The notes under the pieces were generated by a model. It was not told the origin of the DNA, made no database searches, and was given only the letters and a program-made list of their open reading frames with translations. A program made the position numbers and the translations under genes. Shown here piece after piece: positions 1 to 10,107 of a stretch of DNA of 64,000 nt (position 1 is its first letter; each line of letters opens with the position of its first letter). Location of the stretch: the IMG/VR virus record IMGVR_UViG_2585427722_000007, positions 3,826 through 67,825 of that record; one strand, given 5' to 3'. Source of the stretch: a virus (lineage: Duplodnaviria; Caudoviricetes).

Positions 1-9
1 GGCAGCCAT

Positions 10-414
10 CTACCGCGGAGCCTTCAGGAACGACGCCAGCACAGTCTCGTCGATAAGGAGCATGCCGATGGGCGTGCCCGTCTCGTAAAAGATGTCTTCC
101 TTCGGGCTCTGCGCCTCGGGCTGTCGTTCGGGCTGGTTCGCCGCTTCCCGCCGGATCAAGTCGGTTTCGACCAGCCGGGCATAGCCGATGATATCGGTCC
201 AGCTGTCGATGTAGTCTGGATCGCCGTTGAGGATGCGGCCGATCTTGTGGACGACCATCTCCAGCGCTTCCTTCTGGTCGCGCCGCAACTTGGCCCAGTT
301 CGAGCTTGGGCTGTTGGCCATGACGTCTTTCAGCCCCTGGGTGATGTGGGCATGGCCGTCAAACTCGCCGTAGCGGGCGCCGCGTTCGGCCAGGGTGGTG
401 TCGATACCGCTCAT
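10..414 (-). CDS. DUF6378-like protein (possible nucleotide pyrophosphatase)
   Basis: Pattern TLAERGARYGEF...KIGRILNGDPDYIDSWTDIIGYARL. Start at MSGIDTT overlaps the upstream stop. Confidence 0.7.
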   Translation of the reverse strand: MSGIDTTLAERGARYGEFDGHAHITQGLKDVMANSPSSNWAKLRRDQKEALEMVVHKIGRILNGDPDYIDSWTDIIGYARLVETDLIRREAANQPERQPEAQSPKEDIFYETGTPIGMLLIDETVLASFLKAPR

Positions 415-635
415 GTCGCACCCCGCAAATGTGCGATCAGCTCGGCTTCGCCCGGGCACGCTTCCTCTGCCTTGATTTCACCGGCAGTACCCTTGTCGAG
501 AACCAGAGCAGACTTGATGCTGACTGCCACACTCCCATGCAGCATCTTACTGATCATCGGCGGCGTCAGCCCGGTGACCCGGCTCAACTTCGCCGCGGTG
601 TTGCCCGGCGCACTTAACCATTGCTTCAGATTCAT
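411..635 (-). CDS. Cro/YdaS-like HTH regulator
   Basis: 74 aa; MNLKQWL...AAKLSRVTGLTPPMISKMLHG is an HTH pattern. Confidence 0.7.
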   Translation of the reverse strand: MNLKQWLSAPGNTAAKLSRVTGLTPPMISKMLHGSVAVSIKSALVLDKGTAGEIKAEEACPGEAELIAHLRGAT

Positions 636-826
636 ACCACCACCCCGTTCTCATTCAGCCATCCCAGCAAACCGGCCTTGTCGGTCGGAACGTCATGTTC
701 AGCGGTCTGAACATTGCGGTAACCTTCTTTCTTCAGCGCTACACGCTGCTTGCTGGCATCCGCCTGGGAGCCGGCCCAGCGTGCATGGACATCGCCGTTC
801 TCTCCGGCGGTTTGATAAAGTTTCAT
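632..826 (-). CDS. hypothetical protein
   Basis: 64-aa ORF with 4-nt overlaps on both sides. Confidence 0.7.
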   Translation of the reverse strand: MKLYQTAGENGDVHARWAGSQADASKQRVALKKEGYRNVQTAEHDVPTDKAGLLGWLNENGVVV

Positions 827-1374
827 GCTGCCTCCTTCATGGTTTTGTAATATTCATGCAGCTGCTGTGCCTGATGAATGGCGTCGGTCAGTGCATTGTG
901 TTTGAGCGCGTTCGTCAGTTTTGCCGCGTTCTTGGCGAACGGCAGTTTCTTGAACGTGCGGTAGCAGTTGGTGTTGTAGAACTTCCACGGCACGATCAGG
1001 CCGTGCGTGGAGTACGCATGCGCCAGCATCGGGATGTCGAAGTCAGCGCCGTTACTCCAGACCTGATAATCCTCGTGGTCGATCCATGCCGCGAGATCGT
1101 CCAGCGCGACACCGAGGACAACTTTCGGTTCGCGGAATACTTGTTGCGCTTCGGCTGATTGCTTGAACCACCACAGCAGGGCGTCCTCGCTGATGTGCCG
1201 GCCCGCCTCGGTGTTACTGTCGATCGAGACCGACGCATAGAACGCATCGTCGCCAATTTTTCCTGTATCTGGGTTGAACTTGACTGCGCCGATGCTTAAG
1301 ATTACCGCGTCGGCGCGAGTGCCCAAGGTTTCAAGGTCGAACATGATTGCCGGATACTTGACTGCTTTACTCAT
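823..1374 (-). CDS. DEDD 3'-5' exonuclease (Rv2179c/DUF5051-like)
   Basis: Motifs MFDLETLG, WSNGADFD and HNALTDA. Confidence 0.85.
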   Translation of the reverse strand: MSKAVKYPAIMFDLETLGTRADAVILSIGAVKFNPDTGKIGDDAFYASVSIDSNTEAGRHISEDALLWWFKQSAEAQQVFREPKVVLGVALDDLAAWIDHEDYQVWSNGADFDIPMLAHAYSTHGLIVPWKFYNTNCYRTFKKLPFAKNAAKLTNALKHNALTDAIHQAQQLHEYYKTMKEAA

Positions 1375-1445
1375 TGCTTTCCTCGCGAAAAGAGTCCCTG
1401 CAGGGCAGGGACTCGTGATGCACTACGAACGGAGATGTTTCAGTC

Positions 1446-1787
1446 TTATGCGGCTGCTTGCGCTTGTGCGTCGTTGGCGGCGGCCGGTATCGCCTTCTCC
1501 GCGGCGGCGACGGCTTTCTCAGCGGCGGTGACGGCCTTGTTGAGTTCCTTGACGGTAACGGCATGGGCTTTGACAGCAGCAGCGTGTTCTTTCATATACG
1601 CTTTGATGGTGTCCTCATGAGCCTTGGCGGCAGCTTTGGTCGCAGATGCATGTGTTTTATCCGCTGCGGTGACCGCAGCGATTGCGTTCTTGTGTGCGGT
1701 CTTGGCGTCCTTCAGTGCAGAAGAGGCGGCGATCTTGACGGCCTTGATTTCGGACTGGGACAGGATTTTCGATTGGGTGCGTGCCAT
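1446..1787 (-). CDS. Ala/Lys-rich, possibly histone-like protein
   Basis: MARTQSKILS... follows an AAGGAA RBS; low-complexity Ala/Lys composition. Confidence 0.6.
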   Translation of the reverse strand: MARTQSKILSQSEIKAVKIAASSALKDAKTAHKNAIAAVTAADKTHASATKAAAKAHEDTIKAYMKEHAAAVKAHAVTVKELNKAVTAAEKAVAAAEKAIPAAANDAQAQAAA

Positions 1788-1797
1788 GATGTTTCCT

Positions 1798-2037
1798 TTA
1801 ATTTTCGGTTTGTGTGCGGGATGCACGGTATTTTTCGTTGAGCGTCGACACGTACCAGAGCTCGTTGAGCCGGGCGGCTCTTGAGATAAGACGGTCTACG
1901 ATCGATTTGCGACGCGAAGATTGCGATTCGAGATCGAGGCAGGCCAGGATTTCTTCCTCAGTCAGCTCAGACAGAACATTGTTCAGTTTACTGACGGAAG
2001 CAAGTGCTTGACCTACGTACCAGCTGCGAATCGCCAT
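1798..2037 (-). CDS. hypothetical protein
   Basis: 79-aa ORF with GGAG RBS. Confidence 0.7.
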   Translation of the reverse strand: MAIRSWYVGQALASVSKLNNVLSELTEEEILACLDLESQSSRRKSIVDRLISRAARLNELWYVSTLNEKYRASRTQTEN

Positions 2038-2130
2038 CTTTTACTCCGTTACGGATACTACTCCGCAGTTGCTAAAAAGAAAAGTTCTAATGTAGAACGG
2101 CTTGATCTATATTTAGAGAATAGATCGGAG

Positions 2131-2883
2131 TTACCGACGACGCGCCGGGGCAGTTGCTTTTTTCGGCGGCGCCGACTCGAACTGCGATACGTCCGGTTCG
2201 GTCTTCAGTCGGGTCATCGCTTCCTCCTTACGGGCGAAGCAGACTTCCAGGTCTTCGTTTGGTTCCGGGTTGCCGAAACGCAGCGAGGCGTAAGTCAGCG
2301 ACTCGTCGAACGAGACTTCCGTCACCACCGAGACCGGCGGCAGCTGGAATGAACGCACTACCGAGGTGACGTAGGCGTCGAACGCTTTCAACGCCGTCGG
2401 CGATACCTTTAGAATCCATAACGGTGTGTCAGCTGTGGCGCCGGGAGGCAGTACGGCCAGCACGCGGGAGTTCTTGCAGGCCTTGCCGTTGCCGGCCGAA
2501 CCGAACTGGTTCATCGGGCATGCGCCGCATGCGGATGCTTGTTTCACCGGACTGTTCTCGCTCGGCACCATCTGGGTCGGGTTGGAGCCGATCGAGAAGC
2601 AGGCCGGCGGCGAGATGTTATTCGGATCGTAGGCGCCCTCGTAGAAGCTGTTGGCCGACACGAAGTCGACGATCACCAGCTTGATCGGGCCGGCCGACTT
2701 GGTGCCATCCGGGAACTCGAACTTCTTGTCCTGGGTGACCTTGATACTGTCGCCGCCGGGGGCGCCGACGCGCGATGCCATGTCGGTGACCTCCTTGGCG
2801 AGCAGCGCGCGGATGTCGACGATGTTGCCGGCAGTGGTTTTCTTGACTGCGACTGCGGTTCCTGCTGGTTTCTTTGTGGCCAT
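2131..2883 (-). CDS. conserved phage replication-module protein (possible SSB/annealing protein)
   Basis: 250 aa with PACFS, CGACP and GKACKN motifs, located near the polymerase. The function is inferred. Confidence 0.55.
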   Translation of the reverse strand: MATKKPAGTAVAVKKTTAGNIVDIRALLAKEVTDMASRVGAPGGDSIKVTQDKKFEFPDGTKSAGPIKLVIVDFVSANSFYEGAYDPNNISPPACFSIGSNPTQMVPSENSPVKQASACGACPMNQFGSAGNGKACKNSRVLAVLPPGATADTPLWILKVSPTALKAFDAYVTSVVRSFQLPPVSVVTEVSFDESLTYASLRFGNPEPNEDLEVCFARKEEAMTRLKTEPDVSQFESAPPKKATAPARRR

Positions 2884-2921
2884 GATGTTCTTTCAGACTG
2901 AGGGATTGAGGGGATTGAGGA

Positions 2922-3335
2922 TTAAGCCTTGACAGCCAAACTTCTCAGGTTGATACGCCGTTTTACAAAGGCCGTGAGGCCGGGAAGCTGCCCTTTGGAC
3001 TCGAAGATTTCTCGAGCAGCTACTTCTGAAACCCGTCGCTGGAACAAGTGGAAGTACTTGGTCTTAGCGACGTACTTCGCAAATGCATCGAAGTCGGTGA
3101 TGTTGAAACTGGTGGCGCTGGTGATGCTGACGCTGGCGGACTTACCCTTGCCGGCATCGGTCTCTTCTGCATCGAGTCTTTCGAAGAGTGTAGACTCAGC
3201 GGCGGCAATCTTCCCTTCGATCTCTTTGATCTCAGCCTCCTTGGCACGCTTGATTTCGCGCAGCTCCCATAGTGTATCGATAGCTTTGCCGAGGGTCAGG
3301 GTTTTGGCGGCGGGCCGCAGTGCAACGACTGTCAT
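2922..3335 (-). CDS. conserved phage coiled-coil protein
   Basis: N-terminal coiled coil plus DFDAF..Y...LFQRRVS...PG motif; GGAG RBS. Confidence 0.6.
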   Translation of the reverse strand: MTVVALRPAAKTLTLGKAIDTLWELREIKRAKEAEIKEIEGKIAAAESTLFERLDAEETDAGKGKSASVSITSATSFNITDFDAFAKYVAKTKYFHLFQRRVSEVAAREIFESKGQLPGLTAFVKRRINLRSLAVKA

Positions 3336-3380
3336 GATTGTACTCCTTTATGTTATGAATCGTAAATAGATACGATGTAG

Positions 3381-3409
3381 ATCGTAGTAGATAGTAGAGC
3401 GGTGGTCAA
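3381..3409 (-). promoter_or_regulatory. sigma70-like promoter
   Basis: Minus strand reads TTGACC-N17-TACGAT upstream of the 2922..3335 gene. Confidence 0.6.
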
Positions 3410-4053
3410 GCAAACTCCTTGAATTGGATTGATCTGACGGCACCGATCATTCGGGCGAACCACATCGGGTTGCCGGAAACATCGACTTTGGCCGGAGCGT
3501 CGGTGTAGTCGACTTCATCCAGCGGGACGTCGAGGTTGGCGCGCAGCCAATACTCGCTACGCCCGTGCATGGACATGCCCAGCTTGGTCCGCAGCAGCAC
3601 CTGGGTTGCCAGCAACTTGGCTCTGCGCGCCGCAGATGACGCCGCTTTCGGGTTGGTGATAACGTCGAGGTCGATACCCTTGACGGAGGCCAGGTCGATC
3701 TTGCCGTCCGGGCCATACTTCAGGTATCCGCCGACACCGTTGAACACCACGCCGTCGATGGCGAAAGCCCGCTCTTTGCTTGGCCGGCGTCCATTGAACG
3801 AAGGTAAGGTACGGCTGCCGACATATTTGCCGGTGAACTCCATGATCCGCGCCAGCGTGGTGTTGGAGGTCCAGCCGGTGCATATCTGCATCGTGCCGTC
3901 TGGGTAGAAGCGCACGATGTCGGTGTCGAAGTGCCGAACCGCCAGATGATCGCCACGGTCCATAACCCGGGTATTGTTGCCAACCGGCTTGCCTACAGAC
4001 CGATTGCGCGCGGTCTTGAGTGCGTCTTCACAGCGCTGGTGGTTCCATGCCAT
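3406..4053 (-). CDS. hypothetical phage protein
   Basis: 215-aa ORF with AAGGAG RBS and a GWTSNTT motif. Confidence 0.75.
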   Translation of the reverse strand: MAWNHQRCEDALKTARNRSVGKPVGNNTRVMDRGDHLAVRHFDTDIVRFYPDGTMQICTGWTSNTTLARIMEFTGKYVGSRTLPSFNGRRPSKERAFAIDGVVFNGVGGYLKYGPDGKIDLASVKGIDLDVITNPKAASSAARRAKLLATQVLLRTKLGMSMHGRSEYWLRANLDVPLDEVDYTDAPAKVDVSGNPMWFARMIGAVRSIQFKEFA

Positions 4054-4095
4054 GATGGTTCTCCTTGGGATTAAGCGGATTAAGCGGACTGAGTA

Positions 4096-4680
4096 CTAAG
4101 CGTGCGTAGCTGGCTGCACCTTGAACCCGGCAGCCAGCAACTGTGACAGCAGGTTCTCAGTCGATGCCACGATCGGGTAATCCCGGGTGATCTTCGGGAT
4201 GTGCGGCTCCAGCTCCGGCATGCGCTCCAGCAGCCGTTCGGTGGTGGTGCAGGAGCGCAGGAACGCCGTCATCTCGTCCTCTAGCGCCCAGTGCGCTTCG
4301 GCGAGTTTTTCGGCGCGCTGGTAGATTGGCAAGATCAGTTCGTAGTCCTGAGCAGTCAGGTTGCAGTCGAAGATGGCTGGGGTGACAAGGCATTCGAACT
4401 GCGTCGTGCCGTCCCACATATGCCGTCCGTCTAGGCGCTCGCGGTTGAACGCATTTTCGATAGCGTGTTTACTGTTTACATTTACGCGAGCTGTCCCCTG
4501 GAACCATTCTCTCGGGGCACCGGTGGTAAGGGCTTTAAACTCATCCGGTATTTTCGCATCCATGAGCTTGCGTACCAGGGCGCTCATTTCGCGCTCGATA
4601 TCTTCCTTGTCCGTTTTAAATGTCGTTGCCGCGAGTACATTGCCGAGGATTTCTGCGCGGAGTGCTTTACTTAATTTCAT
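4096..4680 (-). CDS. Nmad5-like protein
   Basis: MKLSKALRAEIL N-terminus and C-terminal LRSCTTTERLLERMPE resemble nucleotide-modification-associated domain 5. Confidence 0.55.
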   Translation of the reverse strand: MKLSKALRAEILGNVLAATTFKTDKEDIEREMSALVRKLMDAKIPDEFKALTTGAPREWFQGTARVNVNSKHAIENAFNRERLDGRHMWDGTTQFECLVTPAIFDCNLTAQDYELILPIYQRAEKLAEAHWALEDEMTAFLRSCTTTERLLERMPELEPHIPKITRDYPIVASTENLLSQLLAAGFKVQPATHA

Positions 4681-4702
4681 GTCGTTCCTTATGGGTTAAA
4701 AG

Positions 4703-6784
4703 TTATTTGGAATAATTCTCAGCGAAGCCCCCCTCGGAATTGAGGGGCAGGTCCGGGCACCATGGCAGTGGAGTGCGCATGGCTTTGATCAACTCGCGGT
4801 ACGCTGCTTCGGCCGAGGCCTTACGCACGCATAGGACGACTTCGTCATGGGTCGTCATCACCACGCGGCGCTTCGCACCCGCAGCCAGCATCTGTTCCAT
4901 GACTACGATCCGGGCCAACGCCTGTACGATGTTCTCGCACAGCAGCCCGCCGTAGATTTTCTTGCGCATGTCCTTCGACTGATACGACCATTCGTCCCAG
5001 CCCTTGTCGCCGATCTTCTTTTTCAAGTCCGGGTATTTCAGGCACATGCCGTTGGGCAGCCAGATGCGCTCCTTCTCCCAGCTGAGCGGACCGTGCGAGC
5101 CTTCCCGGCCGGCGGCCATGTCTTCGATGACGCCCTTGCAGATTTCCCAACCAGCGACGATCTTCCAGTTCTTGCGGCGGTAGGTGTTGACGATCGTCTT
5201 GCAGCGATCGAGGTCGAAGAACACCGGCGGGCCGCCCAGTGCGCCCTTGGCCAGGGTGATCTGGAACTTGGGTGCGCCCATCTGGAAGCCGAGGCCCAGA
5301 ACGCAGACTTTGCCGACGAAGCGCTCCATCTTGTCGTCCTTGGTGATCTCCCTGCCGTAGACGTGATCGGCGAAATTGCAGTACGCGTCGCGCCCGGTGC
5401 CGGCGTCTGCGGCTACGAACGCTTGCATCAAGTCGTCCTGCCCCCACAGCCAGCCGTTGACCCGGCACTCGATCTGGCCGGAGTCGCCGACCACCAGGAC
5501 ATGGCCTTTCGGCGCCAGAATCGACAGGCGCAGCTCGCCGCCTCGGGTCAGGTTCTGCATGTTCATCTTGTTGTTGCCGCCCATGCGACCGGTGTGCGCG
5601 CGATAGTAGGCGTACCCGACCGGCAGCGGCATGCCGTCTGCCCCGGCTTTCAGGAACCGCTCAGCGCGTGTGACGTTGGTAGTGGACTTCACCGCCAGCC
5701 GACAGTCGACTAGATTGCGGATGCGCTCCTGGCGCAGGGCCAGCTTGGCGATGTCTTTCTTGTGGTTGAGGTTAAGGTCGCTCGCCCACTCCTCGTGCAT
5801 CTCGGGCAGATTGATGAAGTCGGCGTCGTCCTTGGCGAACGCATACGAGTACTTGTCGGCGTCATCGCGCTCGGCTGCCGGCTTCTTCATCCAGGCTGGG
5901 CTGATCTTGGTCGGTGGCTCGATGCCCTCGGCGCGCAGCAGGTCGGCGAAACGCTCATTGCTGCCGATGACGCGCTTGACCATCAGCATCAGGCGCTCCT
6001 TACCTTCCAACTCACGCTCCGGCCTGGTCTTGAGCAGTTCCTTCTCCGGGTACTGGGTGACGTCGACGATGTTGCTCATCAGGTCTTCGCGGTACTTGAT
6101 CTCGCGCGCCAGCTCGACCTCGACCCTCGGGATGTCGACTTTCAGCACCGGGTCGCAGAACATGCGGATCGTCATGTCAATCAGCTTTAGCTCGGAAGCG
6201 GGGTAGACCTCCAGCATCTTTTCAAAAATCAGCAGGGTCAGCTCGACGTCCATCGCGCAGTACTCGGCCATGTCCTTGTAGAGCTGCTTAGGCAGGTTCT
6301 GCACGCCCTTGCTCTGCTCCAGTACGTCTGGGATTTTGTTGCCTACCCCATAATACTGAGCGACTTCGTCGAGAGAAGCGCCAATATCATTGCTATGAAG
6401 GCCGCGCGCCATCGAAAGCGTGTCATAGTAAGTTCGCGGAACAACACCATGATGATGGGAAAGTATAAAACCGTCAAAAGCAGTGTTATGGCAAAGGAGA
6501 TCATGGGTCTTCCAGTCGATCGTTTTGAGGAGGGCGGCGATCTTCGACGTCGGCACTACCTTGGTCTTGCGCTTGCCGATCTTGATCCCGACCATGTGCG
6601 CCTTGAAACGCGGGTCGCGGATGTATTCGGAAGTACTGAGTTTCCTGAGCGTGTAATCGGCGTCCCAGTAGGTCTCGTAATCGAGCACTACGAGATGCGC
6701 CCAGTCGATCTTAGAGCGTAAGACTGCCGGGCGTGAAAAGGCGGGCTCCGGCGTAGCCTCGGATACGGCGTTAGACCAGGACAT
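4703..6784 (-). CDS. polA: DNA polymerase, family A
   Basis: Exonuclease motifs LDYETY, CHNTAFD and YCAMD; motif A DSGQIECR, motif B RFVGKVCVLGLGF, motif C THDEVV. Confidence 0.95.
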   Translation of the reverse strand: MSWSNAVSEATPEPAFSRPAVLRSKIDWAHLVVLDYETYWDADYTLRKLSTSEYIRDPRFKAHMVGIKIGKRKTKVVPTSKIAALLKTIDWKTHDLLCHNTAFDGFILSHHHGVVPRTYYDTLSMARGLHSNDIGASLDEVAQYYGVGNKIPDVLEQSKGVQNLPKQLYKDMAEYCAMDVELTLLIFEKMLEVYPASELKLIDMTIRMFCDPVLKVDIPRVEVELAREIKYREDLMSNIVDVTQYPEKELLKTRPERELEGKERLMLMVKRVIGSNERFADLLRAEGIEPPTKISPAWMKKPAAERDDADKYSYAFAKDDADFINLPEMHEEWASDLNLNHKKDIAKLALRQERIRNLVDCRLAVKSTTNVTRAERFLKAGADGMPLPVGYAYYRAHTGRMGGNNKMNMQNLTRGGELRLSILAPKGHVLVVGDSGQIECRVNGWLWGQDDLMQAFVAADAGTGRDAYCNFADHVYGREITKDDKMERFVGKVCVLGLGFQMGAPKFQITLAKGALGGPPVFFDLDRCKTIVNTYRRKNWKIVAGWEICKGVIEDMAAGREGSHGPLSWEKERIWLPNGMCLKYPDLKKKIGDKGWDEWSYQSKDMRKKIYGGLLCENIVQALARIVVMEQMLAAGAKRRVVMTTHDEVVLCVRKASAEAAYRELIKAMRTPLPWCPDLPLNSEGGFAENYSK

Positions 6785-6941
6785 TGTTTTCCTTTGCATC
6801 GATTTCTGCGTACAGTCGATTAATCTCGTCCAGCATGCCCCAGGTCTCTTCTTCGTTTGCGTCGATCTCGTCAGAGAGCAGACTGATACGAGCCTTTATC
6901 TCGTCGAGCGTCATCGCCGAGGTGGGTGTAAATTTAGTCAT
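6771..6941 (-). CDS. small acidic coiled-coil protein (56 aa)
   Basis: Manually translated as MTKFTPTSAMTLDEIKARISLL...; fills the gap between thyX and polA. Confidence 0.55.
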   Translation of the reverse strand: MTKFTPTSAMTLDEIKARISLLSDEIDANEEETWGMLDEINRLYAEIDAKENNVLV

Positions 6942-6944
6942 GGC

Positions 6945-7742
6945 TCAAATCCCTTCTTGGCAGCGGTAAGATTGCCAGCCGCGGAAGTTCGCGTGCTGTA
7001 TGTCATTTTCAGCGTCGGCAAAGGCGACATGCTCGAACGGCGAGGCATGGCCGCAGTCCCTGAGCATGATAGCCAGCGCTATGTCCTTGTCGATGCTCGG
7101 TGCCGAACCGTCGTGATTCAGGTAGGAGACCCGGGCACAACGGGCCGCAGAAATTAGGCTGATGTCCTCTTCGGGCAGAGCATTTATTTCCTCGCCGGAG
7201 ATGTAGGGGGCATGCCCGATGCGCTCGATCGGCACCGAAGCGTCCATCGCTTCCTTCATCGCCCGTGCCAGTTCGTGGATATTCGGATCGGCAGCGGGGT
7301 GCAGTCGCAGCCTGAAGAAGTTATCCCAGGCAGTGGCGGTGACGATCGTATGCATCCATTGGAACGGTTCGAGGATGCGGTTGACGACCTGTTTGTGCAG
7401 GCCTAGGTTAGCCATAGGGCCGGCGATGTTGGCTGCCTGCCGCGCAGCCTCCGACCAGAGCTGCTTCGCGCTTTCAAGTTTGGTTCCGACCAGTTCCACA
7501 CCGGCCTGCATCCCCGGCTGATTGCTGCCCCAATGAATCGGTATGGCCGGGTCGTTGCGCACTTGTTCAATCATCTTGGCGACCGGGATGGCGCGGGACG
7601 ATGAGGCGTTGCGGGAAAATACGCGGTGGGTCATGAACTCGCTGTGAATGAAGCGCGGATAGACTAGCTGCAGCGTGGTCAGGCGCGCACCGGTCGGCGA
7701 CACGCTGTCGAGAACGACCTTGGCGGAAGTAGTAGTTTTCAT
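6945..7742 (-). CDS. thyX: FAD-dependent thymidylate synthase
   Basis: THRVFSRNASSSRAIP, FFRLR and HASPFEH motifs. Confidence 0.9.
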   Translation of the reverse strand: MKTTTSAKVVLDSVSPTGARLTTLQLVYPRFIHSEFMTHRVFSRNASSSRAIPVAKMIEQVRNDPAIPIHWGSNQPGMQAGVELVGTKLESAKQLWSEAARQAANIAGPMANLGLHKQVVNRILEPFQWMHTIVTATAWDNFFRLRLHPAADPNIHELARAMKEAMDASVPIERIGHAPYISGEEINALPEEDISLISAARCARVSYLNHDGSAPSIDKDIALAIMLRDCGHASPFEHVAFADAENDIQHANFRGWQSYRCQEGI

Positions 7743-9103
7743 GCCGCTTTCTCCTCCGCAAACAAGCTCAGTAAGTTTGTCATTTTTGAATCCTTCTCCA
7801 GTAATCGTGCGTAGACTTTCTGTTCGATCGTGCCCTCGGCAAGGATCACGATGATTTCGGTTTTTTCCTTCTGACCGGCGCGCGCCTGGCGCTTGTTGCC
7901 CTGGCTGAAGTGCTCCAGGTCGTAGGTCGGCGAGGCCCAGATCGTGGTCGAGCCGCGCGTCAAGGTCAGGCCATGCGCGGCGGACTTCGGGTGCGCGAAC
8001 ATCACGTCATAGAATCCGGCCTGGTAATGTTTCACCATGTCGGTGCGCTCGCGGTCGGAGGCGTTACCGTCCATCACGCAGTAGGTCAGTCCACGTTTCT
8101 CGGCCTGCTTGATCAGTTCGTCTCTTTGATGCTTCCAGAGGAAGAACACCAGAGGGTGCTTGCGGTCCTCGACCAGGTCGAGGACCAGCTCGTAACGGCC
8201 GGTGTCAACGACGTGATACGTGTCCTCGTTTTCATACACGGCGCCGGACGCGATCTGCAGTAGTTTGGTGGTGACGGCGGCGGCGTTGATGGCCGTTACC
8301 TTGGTATTGGCCTTGAGCGACATGATCTGGGTCTTCTCCATCTCCAGATAGGCCTTCTTCTGCTTGGCACTCAAGTGGTACTGCATCGTGTAGCTGTGGG
8401 TGGCAGGGATGTCGATGCAGTCCTCGAATTTGTGACGGATCGTAATGTCCGCGATCAGCCCGTAGATCGCTTCTTCCGAGCCGTCCTTGTCGACCCACTT
8501 GACCATGTTCGGCAGCGGCCCGACTTGCTCCGGCGCGCACACTGCGGCCCGGAAACCGAAGAACTGGCTGCCCAGGCGCTTGCCGTCGTCGAGGATTTGC
8601 ACCGGGTTCCAGATGTCGCAGATGGTGTTGCTGTTGGGCGTGCCGGACATCACGCTGCGATACCTGAAATATTTTCTGATCTTGTTGAGCGCCTTGGAGC
8701 GAGCGCTGGTGTGATGCTTAAAACTTGATACTTCGTCAACTATTAATGTGTCGAACTTCTTGAAGAAGGCCGGCTTCTGCTTCAGCAGCCAGGTGACGGC
8801 GTCGATATTGGTGATGTAGACGTCGGCGTCGGCGGCGAAGGCCTTCTCGCGGTTCTCCGCATACGCGACCGAGCAGCTGATCTGCGGCGCGAACTTGCCG
8901 AAGTCGTCTTCCCACGCGGAGCGCAGCAGGGACTTGGGGGCGATGACGATCGCGCAGCCACCGGACTTTTTGCGGCGCTTGGCAAAGGCCATGATCTGCA
9001 CAAATGTTTTTCCCGTACCTGGGTCGCTCATGTCGAAGATGATGTCGGACTTGTCCATGACCTTCAGGGAGAAGGTCTGGTGTTTCATCGGTTTGTAATC
9101 CAT
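7739..9103 (-). CDS. SNF2-family helicase
   Basis: DPGTGKT, IVDEVS, SGTP, AHGLTLT and Q..KRQAR.GQ motifs. Confidence 0.9.
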   Translation of the reverse strand: MDYKPMKHQTFSLKVMDKSDIIFDMSDPGTGKTFVQIMAFAKRRKKSGGCAIVIAPKSLLRSAWEDDFGKFAPQISCSVAYAENREKAFAADADVYITNIDAVTWLLKQKPAFFKKFDTLIVDEVSSFKHHTSARSKALNKIRKYFRYRSVMSGTPNSNTICDIWNPVQILDDGKRLGSQFFGFRAAVCAPEQVGPLPNMVKWVDKDGSEEAIYGLIADITIRHKFEDCIDIPATHSYTMQYHLSAKQKKAYLEMEKTQIMSLKANTKVTAINAAAVTTKLLQIASGAVYENEDTYHVVDTGRYELVLDLVEDRKHPLVFFLWKHQRDELIKQAEKRGLTYCVMDGNASDRERTDMVKHYQAGFYDVMFAHPKSAAHGLTLTRGSTTIWASPTYDLEHFSQGNKRQARAGQKEKTEIIVILAEGTIEQKVYARLLEKDSKMTNLLSLFAEEKAA

Positions 9104-9372
9104 CAATGCACCTCTCTTGGGCTGACGCGCGGTAACGTCGCGTTGATCCGGCACGACTCAACCAACGTGTCGTACATGTTCGGGGTTGCGAAGTCGGCGT
9201 GGGTTACGAATGACACCTGCATGCTGAATAACAGCACCGCGGGGTCAGTGAGTGGGTCTTTCTCGTATAGGCAAGATTCGATGACTGCGTTGTGTAAGCC
9301 CTGTGTCAGGATCAGTAAATCGGGCGACGGGTTGCCGACCGAGGCGAGGGCGGATGAGAAGCGGTTCATCAC
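9103..9372 (-). CDS. hypothetical protein
   Basis: 89-aa ORF coupled to both neighbours. Confidence 0.6.
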   Translation of the reverse strand: MMNRFSSALASVGNPSPDLLILTQGLHNAVIESCLYEKDPLTDPAVLLFSMQVSFVTHADFATPNMYDTLVESCRINATLPRVSPREVH

Positions 9373-10079
9373 ACGCCCCGTTCACAGTGGCCGGTGCCGC
9401 TGGGACCGTATGGGCACCACTTGCAATTGAAAATGTTCGGAGAAGCTGGGAACTCGGTGCATTCCGTCATCGCGAAGCCCTTCTTGGTGAAGTTGTGCTT
9501 GAATCGCAGTCCCTGCTGGCGGGTGAAGGTGTTCTGGGTCAGGTCATCGACGTCCAGGTACCAGAGTTCGGTGTGGATCAGTTCGAGCTTCGGGTAACGC
9601 AGAAAGGACACCAGCTGGTAGAGCTGGACCTGTTCGGCATGGCTGACTTCGTTGCCGAACTTCTTGCCGGATTTGTAGTCGATGATTACCGCTTCGTATT
9701 CAGACAGATGGACGATCGCGTCGAGTTTGAGGCGTAGCCAGGCTTCCTTGGCGCGCCACTCGACCGGCTCCCAGTTGCTATCCATGGCCCACTCGCCTTC
9801 GGTAGAGACCATGCCGTCTTTGTAGAGCTTCTGTAGAGAGTCGAACTCGGCTTGGAACTTGCCCATCTCGCGGCCGAACGGACCTTGCCCCTTGACGTAG
9901 TTCTCTGCTTCGTCATGGATGCGTGAGCCGCGATCATTGGCGTGCTCGGTCTTGCCGGGCGGTAGCGGGCGCTCCGGCTCCGGGATTTTCTGTCCGTACT
10001 GGAGTTGTGCTCGCAGCTTGCACTGGCCGAAGGTCTTGGCTTTGGAAATGCTCCACTGGGTGATCGGGATAATCTTCAT
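9369..10079 (-). CDS. PD-(D/E)XK exonuclease (RecB/Cas4-like)
   Basis: RGSRIH, KLDAI...IDYKSG, QVQLY and C-terminal CKWCP...C motifs. Confidence 0.9.
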   Translation of the reverse strand: MKIIPITQWSISKAKTFGQCKLRAQLQYGQKIPEPERPLPPGKTEHANDRGSRIHDEAENYVKGQGPFGREMGKFQAEFDSLQKLYKDGMVSTEGEWAMDSNWEPVEWRAKEAWLRLKLDAIVHLSEYEAVIIDYKSGKKFGNEVSHAEQVQLYQLVSFLRYPKLELIHTELWYLDVDDLTQNTFTRQQGLRFKHNFTKKGFAMTECTEFPASPNIFNCKWCPYGPSGTGHCERGV

Positions 10080-10107
10080 GTCTACTACTTTCTAAAATAG
10101 ATCGAAA

